From a virus, in the IMG/VR virus record IMGVR_UViG_3300027969_000044, positions 32,001 through 96,000 of that record: 64,000 nucleotides of DNA, one strand, 5' to 3'. The position numbers and the translations under genes are program-made. Positions 35,557-44,021 of the stretch are shown here, piece by piece. Each line of letters begins with the position of its first letter. Position 1 is the first letter of the stretch. The notes beneath the pieces were generated by a model. The model was not told the origin of the DNA. It ran no database searches and saw only the letters and a list, made by a program, of their open reading frames with translations.

Positions 35557-36321
35557 ATGACAGAATCATTAACATACAAAAATACACTTGCTGGCGCTGA
35601 ACAGCAAGATGATGACAACAAAGAATATAAAGAAGCATACTTGGGCGATCACATTCGCTTTAAAATGAAGCGTGAAGGCAAACGCTTTTGGGCGGGCGAT
35701 AACATTAGCGATTATTTGTACGAAGGCGATATAGAAAAACTAATCGACGAAGCAACACCAGCATTTGAAAAAGTGTTAGACTGTTTGCTGATTGATCGTG
35801 AAAACGATCCTAATAGTAAAGGTACAGCAAGACGTCTTGCTAAAATGTACTTTAATGAAATAATGGCAGGAAGATATGAACCAGGACCAGATGCAACAGC
35901 GTTTCCAAATGATTCGGCGGACCGTTACGAAGGTATGTTGGTTGTTCGCAGTGAGCTTCGCAGTATGTGTAGCCATCATCACCAACCCGTTAGTGGCGTT
36001 GCTTATATTGGTATTATTGCGGCTCAGAAACTCATCGGACTTAGCAAGTATACGAGGATCGCTCAGTGGTGTGCCCGTCGAGGTACTCTCCAGGAGGAAC
36101 TTTGTAATGACATTGCTAGGGAAATCAGCAGAGCAACAGAGTCAGAAAACGTAGCAGTCTATGTTCAAGCAGTACATGGGTGTTGCGAGAATCGTGGCAT
36201 TATGGCACATTCATCATTGACTCAGACTACAGTACTAAAAGGAACATTCAAAGATGATCCTCATACAAAGAAAGAGTTCTTTGACAACATTAAACTCCAA
36301 CAAGAGTTTGCTCCTCGATGA
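35557..36321 (+). CDS. folE: GTP cyclohydrolase I
   Basis: SMCSHH, GLSK..R, LQE and HGCCENRG motifs. Confidence 0.95.
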   Translation: MTESLTYKNTLAGAEQQDDDNKEYKEAYLGDHIRFKMKREGKRFWAGDNISDYLYEGDIEKLIDEATPAFEKVLDCLLIDRENDPNSKGTARRLAKMYFNEIMAGRYEPGPDATAFPNDSADRYEGMLVVRSELRSMCSHHHQPVSGVAYIGIIAAQKLIGLSKYTRIAQWCARRGTLQEELCNDIAREISRATESENVAVYVQAVHGCCENRGIMAHSSLTQTTVLKGTFKDDPHTKKEFFDNIKLQQEFAPR

Positions 36322-36431
36322 GATACATTACAAATAAATTTGAAAGTATCCGTTTACCAGTAGAAGCAGGGTTATTAGAATGGTTACAGGAAAACTACCC
36401 TGCTTCTAAATATTATATAAAGGAAATATAA
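36318..36431 (+). CDS. Small hypothetical protein (37 aa)
   Basis: MRYITNKFESIRLPVEAGLLEWLQENYPASKYYIKEI*; ATGA overlap with folE; fills the gap exactly. Confidence 0.55.
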   Translation: MRYITNKFESIRLPVEAGLLEWLQENYPASKYYIKEI

Positions 36432-36432
36432 A

Positions 36433-36624
36433 ATGACAAAACTAGCTAAACTGGCAAAAGTAAATGAGAATATCAGTGTCAATCGTTACGACAACGGTTG
36501 GATGGTAGAAATTGGTGGACGTGATGGTGAGAGTGATTGGAAAAATTGTAAAATTCTTTGTAACACAGAAGAAGAGATGATTTCTGTAATCAAAGAATGG
36601 AACACTAAAGATTTGGACAACTAA
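36433..36624 (+). CDS. Hypothetical protein
   Basis: SD AAGGA; 63 aa. Confidence 0.65.
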   Translation: MTKLAKLAKVNENISVNRYDNGWMVEIGGRDGESDWKNCKILCNTEEEMISVIKEWNTKDLDN

Positions 36625-36625
36625 T

Positions 36626-36841
36626 ATGAATTCCGTAGACATGGCTAACAACCTAATTTTTAGAGCCAAACACTTAGAAGAATTTACTGTAACTACGGAT
36701 GTTCCCGAAGACTTTCGTTTTAATGGAGTTATTCCATTTGACATGACCATCGAAGATAGTGTAATATATGCTAAAGTGTTCGCTGTCGATTTTAATGAGG
36801 CAGTTGAACGTTTGAATAACTTTTTAGAAAGTTGCAAATGA
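36626..36841 (+). CDS. Hypothetical protein
   Basis: 71 aa, tightly packed. Confidence 0.6.
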   Translation: MNSVDMANNLIFRAKHLEEFTVTTDVPEDFRFNGVIPFDMTIEDSVIYAKVFAVDFNEAVERLNNFLESCK

Positions 36842-37308
36842 AATGGTTTTTAAACTGGCTTGATAGCATTGGAAGGAAGCGTGTTATTATGGATCGTCTT
36901 TGTAACGAACCATATTTAGAACGCTATTACTTGTTCTTGAAAGATAGGAACAAGTTCCCATTTAATGTGTTCCTACACAAATTTTTAAAAGGTGATCCAG
37001 ATGATGTACACGACCATCCGTGGCCCTATGCTACACTAATTTTAAAAGGCGGTTATTATGAATGGATTCCACAATTTAATACAGACGGTACAAAAAGTTG
37101 CGAGATTCGTAAGTGGCGTGGACCCGGCCATTTTAGGATTTGTAGCCCTAACAGTTATCATCGTGTTGAACTAAAATCAGGTGTTACAGCTTGGACATTG
37201 TTTATGCCAGGTCCACATAAACGAGACTGGGGTTTCCTAGTTAATAATAAATGGATCCAAAATGAAACTTATTTGAAAGAACGTTATGAAGCAAGTAATA
37301 AGCAATAA
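36838..37308 (+). CDS. Cupin-fold protein
   Basis: HDHPW...ILKGGYYE...HRVEL...WTLF metal-binding cupin pattern. Confidence 0.75.
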   Translation: MKWFLNWLDSIGRKRVIMDRLCNEPYLERYYLFLKDRNKFPFNVFLHKFLKGDPDDVHDHPWPYATLILKGGYYEWIPQFNTDGTKSCEIRKWRGPGHFRICSPNSYHRVELKSGVTAWTLFMPGPHKRDWGFLVNNKWIQNETYLKERYEASNKQ

Positions 37309-37846
37309 AGAGTACAAAGGCCTTATCAATAAAATCTGTCGCGATATCGCAAATAGCGAGTGGCGTCCTGATTACATTGCTGGTATTAGTCGCGGCGGGT
37401 TGCCGGCGGCTGTAATGATCAGTCATTATTTAGACGTACCTATGTACACGCTAAACGTAAGTTTGCGTGATCATGCGTTTGGTCCAGAAAGTAATTTGTG
37501 GATGGCTGAAGATGCCTACGGTTACATTAACTACGAAGGTGAAATTCCTGCCCCCAAAGGTCGTATTACTAGTGATCCTGTCCTACGTAAGAAGATTCTT
37601 ATTGTAGACGACATTAACGATACCGGGGCTACTATTAACTGGATCTTAAATGATTGGCCAAGTGGGTGTTTACCAACTGATCCCGCATGGGAAGACATCT
37701 GGAACAATAGTGTTCGATTTGCCACAGTAGTAGATAATCAAAGTAGCAAGGCAAACGTACCCATGGACTATGTCGGTATGGAAATTAACAAAGCAGAAAA
37801 GAATGTTTGGATTGAATTTCCATACGAAGAATGGTGGACAAAATGA
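37286..37846 (+). CDS. Type I phosphoribosyltransferase (purine PRT-like)
   Basis: GISRGG, ILIVDDINDTGAT (PRPP-binding loop) and WIEFPYE motifs. Confidence 0.9.
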   Translation: MKQVISNKEYKGLINKICRDIANSEWRPDYIAGISRGGLPAAVMISHYLDVPMYTLNVSLRDHAFGPESNLWMAEDAYGYINYEGEIPAPKGRITSDPVLRKKILIVDDINDTGATINWILNDWPSGCLPTDPAWEDIWNNSVRFATVVDNQSSKANVPMDYVGMEINKAEKNVWIEFPYEEWWTK

Positions 37847-38124
37847 CTCCGCAAATAAAAGAAGCAATGGACATTCTTCAAGAAGAGTGTGCCGAGGTTA
37901 TACAAGCGGTAAGTAAAATTAGTCGCTTTGGTTTAGATAATTATAAACCAAATAAGCCTAAAACTAATCGAGAACATCTCGAAGAAGAACTAGGTGATAT
38001 GTTAGCTATGATCGACATCTTACAAGAAATGGATGTCGTGTCATATACTAACATTGAAAAAGCACAAGCGGCCAAAATTGAAAAACTTAAACAATGGTCA
38101 AATATCTATGAGCAATCTACCTAA
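37843..38124 (+). CDS. MazG-like nucleotide pyrophosphohydrolase
   Basis: QEECAEVIQA...LEEELGDML motif. Confidence 0.85.
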   Translation: MTPQIKEAMDILQEECAEVIQAVSKISRFGLDNYKPNKPKTNREHLEEELGDMLAMIDILQEMDVVSYTNIEKAQAAKIEKLKQWSNIYEQST

Positions 38125-38305
38125 AGATGGAAGCAGATGGTCTGGAAGTGATAATAGTGTGTTTCACGTATTACATACTATTGTAATAGAAGGTCAAATC
38201 TGGGTTCATTATATTAAAGAAACAACAAAAGAAACTAATGAAGCACGAGAATATAGTTGTTATCTCGAAAGTTTCTTACAAAGATTTAGAGCACTACCAG
38301 AATGA
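38108..38305 (+). CDS. Hypothetical protein
   Basis: MSNLPKDGSRW...ESFLQRF; small beta-rich ORF. Confidence 0.6.
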   Translation: MSNLPKDGSRWSGSDNSVFHVLHTIVIEGQIWVHYIKETTKETNEAREYSCYLESFLQRFRALPE

Positions 38306-38670
38306 CACAACTAAAAGGCCTAGTACCAAAAGGTTGGGGATCAGAATTTATCTGGGCCACAAACGACAAATACTGCGGCAAGTTTATGAACTTTAACGCA
38401 GGTGCTAAGTTTAGTATGCACTTTCATCGAGACAAAGAAGAAACTTGGTATGTACAAAGCGGCAAATTTATTGTTCGTTGGATTGATACTGCCACTGCCG
38501 AACTACACGAAGAAGAAATACGTGACGGATCAGTTTGGCATAATTCCCCATGTATGCCTCATCAACTCATTTGTTTAGAAGCTGGTACAGTTATCGAAGT
38601 ATCTACTCCAGATAGCGTTGAAGACAATTATCGTGTAATGCCTGGTGACAGTCAAAATGCCAAGATATAG
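38302..38670 (+). CDS. Cupin protein (sugar isomerase / PMI type II C-terminal-like)
   Basis: KGWGSE, SMHFH..KEETW, PHQL and EVST motifs. Confidence 0.8.
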   Translation: MTQLKGLVPKGWGSEFIWATNDKYCGKFMNFNAGAKFSMHFHRDKEETWYVQSGKFIVRWIDTATAELHEEEIRDGSVWHNSPCMPHQLICLEAGTVIEVSTPDSVEDNYRVMPGDSQNAKI

Positions 38671-38872
38671 AAAAGACTCAGACGGTAATGGTCCCTCTTA
38701 TAAGAAAGGCGACCGAGTATGGGTTGCCTCTTTAAAAATGGAAGCTACTGTAATTGAACAGGTGCTTCATTGGGACTATCCTGAATCATTTTACGGCAAT
38801 GTCAAATTAAAGTATGACGACGGTGTTGAAGGAATTAGTAATTGTTGGCAATTGTCAAGGGTAGTTAGATGA
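38657..38872 (+). CDS. Small SH3/KOW-like hypothetical protein
   Basis: YKKGDRVWV pattern. Confidence 0.55.
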   Translation: MPRYRKDSDGNGPSYKKGDRVWVASLKMEATVIEQVLHWDYPESFYGNVKLKYDDGVEGISNCWQLSRVVR

Positions 38873-39270
38873 AAACTGTAATTGTTAACGGAACATTTGA
38901 TATACTTCACCCTGGACATATCAGAATGTTAAACACAGCACGTAGTTTAGGTGACTATCTCATTGTGTGTATTGATACTGACCGTCGTGTTAAAGAACTT
39001 AAAGGCGATCAGCGTCCAATTAATGATCAAAACTTTCGAAGAGTAATGCTACAAAATCTCAAGGCTGTAGACATAGTAGAATTCTTTGACAGTCGAGAAC
39101 AATTAATAGATTTAATTAAATTGTACAAGCCAGATATTATGGTTAAAGGTAGTGACTGGAAAGGTAAGAGTATAACTGCTCAAGAACACGTTAAGGAAAT
39201 CTTTTGGTATGATAGATTCGATGAATACTCAACAACAAAAATCATTCAAGATATTATTAATCGGGGATAA
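38869..39270 (+). CDS. HldE/RfaE domain II-like sugar-1-phosphate nucleotidyltransferase
   Basis: NGTFDILHPGH, LKG..RPIN, PDI.VKGSDW and STTKII motifs. Confidence 0.88.
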   Translation: MKTVIVNGTFDILHPGHIRMLNTARSLGDYLIVCIDTDRRVKELKGDQRPINDQNFRRVMLQNLKAVDIVEFFDSREQLIDLIKLYKPDIMVKGSDWKGKSITAQEHVKEIFWYDRFDEYSTTKIIQDIINRG

Positions 39271-39982
39271 TTGTAATGACATTTATACATATGGTTATGT
39301 AAACCGTATTAGCCCCGAAGCCCCGGTGCCTATCTTTGAACCGCACTATACCATTCACAAAGATGGCATGGCTGGCAACGTGTGTAAGAACTTAGAAGCA
39401 TTGGGATGTAATGTTGATTTCCTAAGAGATAAAGACAAAGTCAGTGAGAAGAACAGACTAATTGATCATCGTACCAAACAACAATTACTACGTATAGACA
39501 GAGATAGTGAAAGTAAGCCCATTATATTTGAAACAGCAATACCGCCAGTATATGATGCTATAGTTGTTAGTGACTACGGCAAAGGCACAGTGACTTATGA
39601 GTTGATTGAAGAATTAGTTAAGACTCAAACAATTCCTATTTTTATTGACACAAAGAAGCACGACCTGGCACGTATGAACGGTTGTTATATTAAAGTAAAT
39701 GCTCTAGAAAGAAGTCGTGCTGTTAGTTTGCCCGACGCTAAATGGTTAATTGTTACACACGGCGGAGATGGCGCTTCGTGGGATGGATGGGTATTACCTG
39801 CTGAAATTGCAGGTGATGTTGTTGATGTATGTGGAGCCGGTGACACGTTCTTATCGGCTTTAGTTTATGAATTTTTACAAACAAACAATATTCGTAGCGC
39901 AATAAAATTTGCAAACAAGGCAGCGGCAGTAACAGTTCAACATACAGGTGTATACGCACCAAGACTAGAGGAAATAAAATGA
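39209..39982 (+). CDS. HldE/RfaE domain I-like PfkB sugar kinase
   Basis: RISPEAPVP, GMAGNV, SDYGKG and DVCGAGDTF motifs. Confidence 0.9.
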   Translation: MIDSMNTQQQKSFKILLIGDNCNDIYTYGYVNRISPEAPVPIFEPHYTIHKDGMAGNVCKNLEALGCNVDFLRDKDKVSEKNRLIDHRTKQQLLRIDRDSESKPIIFETAIPPVYDAIVVSDYGKGTVTYELIEELVKTQTIPIFIDTKKHDLARMNGCYIKVNALERSRAVSLPDAKWLIVTHGGDGASWDGWVLPAEIAGDVVDVCGAGDTFLSALVYEFLQTNNIRSAIKFANKAAAVTVQHTGVYAPRLEEIK

Positions 39983-40374
39983 CTAAAATATTTGAAGGAC
40001 CGGAACATATCGAGGATAGTGAAGCACCTTGGGATGACACAATGCGTGACGATTTTCATGTAACAGTTTTTTATGACAAGTATCCAGTAACAAACGGACA
40101 TCTATTGTTCGTGCCTAAATATAATACAGTAGGAGTATTGAATGAAGCTTTTCAAGATGCTTTTAGAGAAGGTAAGAAACAAGTCGACAACGGAAACTGG
40201 GACGGTTTCAACATTGGCTTTAACTATGGCGAAGCTGCAGGTCAAACTGTCAACTGGCCTCACATCCATCTTATTCCCCGTCATAAAGGCGATGTCGAAG
40301 ACCCAATTGGCGGCGTTAGAAACACAATCCCAGGCAAAGGCAACTATCGCTCGGCACACTATAAGCAAGATTAA
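39979..40374 (+). CDS. HIT-family hydrolase
   Basis: YPVTNGHLLFVPK and AGQTVNWPHIHLIPR (the first triad His is replaced by W). Confidence 0.88.
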   Translation: MTKIFEGPEHIEDSEAPWDDTMRDDFHVTVFYDKYPVTNGHLLFVPKYNTVGVLNEAFQDAFREGKKQVDNGNWDGFNIGFNYGEAAGQTVNWPHIHLIPRHKGDVEDPIGGVRNTIPGKGNYRSAHYKQD

Positions 40375-40816
40375 ACCAGTCCAGTTTCAATGGAGTGGAA
40401 CTCCAACAGTTGGAATTATAGCTCAGACTATTGGACCATTAACTCCATCTTCGTGGAGCACATATAATATTCCTCCTCCAACTGTCCATTCTGGGCAGTT
40501 TGTTCCTAACAACTCTATCCAATTTAATAATTCTAACAGTAAGCCGGTATTAACTATTACACACGATGGCGAGGTTGTTTGGGATGGAAAGCCCAGTGAA
40601 GCCGCAGAAGCATTAAAGCGAACTTTCCAATTTACAGTAGAAGATATGAAGGGCGTTACCAAAGCCGCACGTAGACGCTACTATTGGAGAGCAGTAGACA
40701 ACCTTGCTAAAAAATCTAAAACAATGTCGGCAGAACAATTTGTTGACTTTGTTCAAAAGCAAGCGTATAATAGAGAATGTAAGGTACTAATTGATACATT
40801 GAAAGGAACATTATGA
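40292..40816 (+). CDS. Hypothetical protein overlapping the 3' end of the HIT gene
   Basis: The nearest in-frame ATG is 40292, giving an 83-nt overlap; start uncertain. Confidence 0.55.
   Translation: MSKTQLAALETQSQAKATIARHTISKIKPVQFQWSGTPTVGIIAQTIGPLTPSSWSTYNIPPPTVHSGQFVPNNSIQFNNSNSKPVLTITHDGEVVWDGKPSEAAEALKRTFQFTVEDMKGVTKAARRRYYWRAVDNLAKKSKTMSAEQFVDFVQKQAYNRECKVLIDTLKGTL
40743..40771 (+). promoter_or_regulatory. Intragenic sigma70 promoter TTGACT-N17-TATAAT driving the queE region
   Basis: Same hexamers and spacing as the other promoters in the window. Confidence 0.7.
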
Positions 40817-41016
40817 AACAATTTACAGTTAAAGAAACCGAAGGTTTTCGTCTTCGTGTTAAAAGTTGGAAATGCGTTAACCCAGCAGATTTAAATTCTA
40901 TTGAGTTTATTCAAGAAACATTGACAGATGGAAAAGTAAGTGGCAGTTCTGTTTATAACTTTTTCATGACAGATGTAGAAGTCAAAGAACTAGCCGCAGG
41001 ACTTGTAAATGAGTAA
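40813..41016 (+). CDS. Hypothetical protein
   Basis: SD AAGGA; 67 aa. Confidence 0.65.
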   Translation: MKQFTVKETEGFRLRVKSWKCVNPADLNSIEFIQETLTDGKVSGSSVYNFFMTDVEVKELAAGLVNE

Positions 41017-41860
41017 GATTAAAATAGCAGAACTATTTTATAGCATTCAAGGTGAAGGACGCTTTATGGGCGTCCCATCTGTGTTTCTGCGTACATTTGG
41101 CTGTAACTTTACTTGTCAAGGTTTTGGCATGCCGCTTGGTGAACTAAGCAAAGAAGCAGAATTTGTTGACCCTACAAAATATAAAACATATAATGAACTT
41201 CCGCTCGTTAGTACTGGTTGCGATAGTTATGCTTCTTGGGATCCACGTTTTAAAGACCTTAGTCCTATGCTCACTACAGACGCAATCGCAGACAGAATTA
41301 TGGAGATATTGCCCTTCAATGAATGGCAGGACGAGCATCTAGTTATTACAGGCGGTGAGCCGTTACTAGGTTGGCAAAAAGCATATCCAGCATTGTTAGA
41401 TAATCCTAAAATGAAAGGGTTAAAAGAAATTACGTTTGAAACAAATGGTTCAATGCGTTTGACTAAAGATTTTAGACAATATCTACTAAACTGGTCATTA
41501 GGTAATAAAGAAAGAGGACGCAACGCCCTTACATTTAGTGTAAGCGCAAAACTTCCGTGTTCTGGAGAACCGTGGAAAGATGCTATTAAGCCAGAAGTAG
41601 TTTGTGCTTACGAAGAAGTTGGGTACACCTATTTGAAGTTTGTAGTTTCTACAGAACAAGATATTGAAGATGCGCTAAAAGCTACAGACGAATTTCGAAA
41701 AGGCGGGTTTAAAGGCCCTGTTTATCTAATGCCAGTTGGCGGAGTTGAGTCAGTATATGCTTTAAATAATAAAGCAGTAGCAGTGGCCGCAATGAAACAC
41801 GGACTTAGATATAGTGATAGATTACAGGTGCCGTTATTTAAAAACGAGTGGGGAACTTGA
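41009..41860 (+). CDS. queE: 7-carboxy-7-deazaguanine synthase (radical SAM)
   Basis: ELFYSIQGEG...G.PSVFLR..GCN..C, CDS, ITGGEPLL, ETNG, VSAKL and RLQV motifs. Confidence 0.9.
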   Translation: MSKIKIAELFYSIQGEGRFMGVPSVFLRTFGCNFTCQGFGMPLGELSKEAEFVDPTKYKTYNELPLVSTGCDSYASWDPRFKDLSPMLTTDAIADRIMEILPFNEWQDEHLVITGGEPLLGWQKAYPALLDNPKMKGLKEITFETNGSMRLTKDFRQYLLNWSLGNKERGRNALTFSVSAKLPCSGEPWKDAIKPEVVCAYEEVGYTYLKFVVSTEQDIEDALKATDEFRKGGFKGPVYLMPVGGVESVYALNNKAVAVAAMKHGLRYSDRLQVPLFKNEWGT

Positions 41861-42285
41861 TGAAAAATTGGTTAAAGAAAATAACAGGACTTGACAAGTT
41901 AGAAAAAGAACGATCTGACGCATTGGCTAGAGCGGCAGAAGCACTTGTTAAAGAAAAAGAAGCAGTAGAATCAGCTCGCCTTGCTAAACTTAATCCAAAA
42001 GAACTTGCTAATGAAAAAGCAGAGCCGTATATAGCAGTACTTGAAACAAAAGTAAACGTAGATAATCCACGTAACGGATTTTTTGAACTTGACTGGAATG
42101 AGCACTTTGTTACTCAACTAAAAAATGCCGGGTACTCCGGAGAAACAGATGAAGAAATTGTAGATCAATGGTTCCAGGATCTCTGCCGTAATGTTGGAGC
42201 TGAAGCGGGTGTTAGCATGGATCGTAGAGGTAGTGGTTATATAAACGTAAACAAGATAGACGGAAATAGATCGGAAATTGGTTAA
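41860..42285 (+). CDS. Hypothetical protein
   Basis: GFFELDWN...IVDQWF segment; ATG 41860 overlaps the queE stop. Confidence 0.7.
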   Translation: MKNWLKKITGLDKLEKERSDALARAAEALVKEKEAVESARLAKLNPKELANEKAEPYIAVLETKVNVDNPRNGFFELDWNEHFVTQLKNAGYSGETDEEIVDQWFQDLCRNVGAEAGVSMDRRGSGYINVNKIDGNRSEIG

Positions 42286-43271
42286 TGACTTACATTTTAG
42301 TAGATACAGCAAATTTGTTCTTTCGTGCTAGGCACGTAGTACGTGGAGATCTTGAAGAAAAGATCGGCATGTGTCTACATGTTACATTTAATAGTGTACG
42401 CAAGGCGTGGCGTGACTTTGGAGGCACACACGTTATCTTCTGTTTGGAGGGACGTAGCTGGCGTAAGAACTTTTACAAGCCGTATAAGGCGCAACGAGCA
42501 GACGCACGTTCAAAACACACAGTAAAAGAAGCAGAAGAAGAAAAGCTCTTTTGGGAAACGTTTGATAAGTTTAAAGAGTATATTCATGCTCAAACTAATT
42601 GTACTGTTCTACAACATCCAGAATTAGAAGCTGATGATTTAATTGCGGGTTTTATCCAAAGTCATCCAAATGACAATCATGTTGTGATTTCAACAGACGG
42701 AGATTTTGCACAACTTATTGCTCCAAACGTAAAACAGTATAACGGTGTAATGGGTATTACAACTACGCATGAGGGATACTTTGATGACAAAAATAAACCT
42801 GTCACTGATAAGAAAACTAAACAAGTTAAGCCCGCGCCGGATCCGGCCTGGTTGCTATTTGAGAAGTGTATGCGTGGAGACACCTCCGACAACATCTTTA
42901 GTGCTTATCCGGGAGTACGTGAGAAAGGGACAAAGAATAAAGTTGGTCTCCGTGAGGCCTTTGCAGACAGAGATTCCAAAGGATATTCTTGGAACAATCT
43001 CATGTTGCAACGTTGGACTGACCACGAAGGTGTCGAGCATCGTGTACTAGATGATTACAACCGTAATGTTAAATTATGTGACTTAAAAGCACAGCCAGAA
43101 GATATTCGAGCAAAGATGACTGAATGTATTCAGGCAGAATTTGCTAAACACAAAGAAGTAAAACAAGTTGGCATTCGTTTAATGAAGTTTGCTAACTCTT
43201 ACGAACTACAAAAAGTAGTTGAGCAGGCAGAAAGTTATGCTGAACCTTTGAACGCGAGATATCATGTATGA
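42285..43271 (+). CDS. 5'-3' exonuclease / flap endonuclease (T4 RNase H-like)
   Basis: LVD..N, YKAQR, EADD, STDGD..QL and GDTSDNI motifs. Confidence 0.92.
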   Translation: MTYILVDTANLFFRARHVVRGDLEEKIGMCLHVTFNSVRKAWRDFGGTHVIFCLEGRSWRKNFYKPYKAQRADARSKHTVKEAEEEKLFWETFDKFKEYIHAQTNCTVLQHPELEADDLIAGFIQSHPNDNHVVISTDGDFAQLIAPNVKQYNGVMGITTTHEGYFDDKNKPVTDKKTKQVKPAPDPAWLLFEKCMRGDTSDNIFSAYPGVREKGTKNKVGLREAFADRDSKGYSWNNLMLQRWTDHEGVEHRVLDDYNRNVKLCDLKAQPEDIRAKMTECIQAEFAKHKEVKQVGIRLMKFANSYELQKVVEQAESYAEPLNARYHV

Positions 43272-43753
43272 AGGAAATTATGACCAAAGTTAAAGTATTG
43301 ATTCCAAACAAAAGTTGGTTAATAGAGAATGGCGGAGAAAAGATAGGAACACTGAGTAAAGAAAAATCAGGATATTCTATTTTACAAAATGGACAAAAGT
43401 ATGAAATTGGCAATGCCAATAATGTTCGAGAGCAATTGGGCATCAACATCACAGAAGAACTTGTAAAGACTAAAAAGGTAGCAGTTCCAAAAGAACTTAC
43501 AAATAGTGTTTATGAATTTCCGTGTTCAAGCAAACCATTTAGTCCATTGTACAATGTTCGTAAAAAATTGCCAATATATGCTAAAAGTACAAAAAGTAAA
43601 AGTCAGTATTGTGCCGGATACTATGTAATTCAATTCCGAAAAGGTTGGGTTAAATCGTTCTGTCCTAAACTTATTACACTAGAACGATATCCGTTTAAAG
43701 GCCCGTTTAGAACAGAACAAGAAATGCGTCAACAACTCAACTTACTTAAATGA
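43268..43753 (+). CDS. Hypothetical protein
   Basis: 161-aa ORF in the operon. Confidence 0.7.
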   Translation: MKEIMTKVKVLIPNKSWLIENGGEKIGTLSKEKSGYSILQNGQKYEIGNANNVREQLGINITEELVKTKKVAVPKELTNSVYEFPCSSKPFSPLYNVRKKLPIYAKSTKSKSQYCAGYYVIQFRKGWVKSFCPKLITLERYPFKGPFRTEQEMRQQLNLLK

Positions 43754-43980
43754 AACCAATTAACACGGTTCCAATTGAAATGTTCTTGGAAAAGGCCAGG
43801 ATTGCTATCAAATCCGGCCAAAAACAAATGAATATTGACATAAAAGACGTTATTGCTATCAATGATAGCATTGCCATTGTTATGACACGTCTGGCGGGAA
43901 AATTAGACGAGCAGATGTATAATGCTCCTAAGCAGGATGATGTTCTCGAAGTAAGAATGGATGGTGGCGGTTTTAAGTAA
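43750..43980 (+). CDS. Hypothetical protein
   Basis: 76 aa; ends MDGGGF. Confidence 0.65.
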   Translation: MKPINTVPIEMFLEKARIAIKSGQKQMNIDIKDVIAINDSIAIVMTRLAGKLDEQMYNAPKQDDVLEVRMDGGGFK

Positions 43981-44021
43981 ACTTAATAAATATATGCGTA
44001 TATATTTCGGAGTACGCATAA

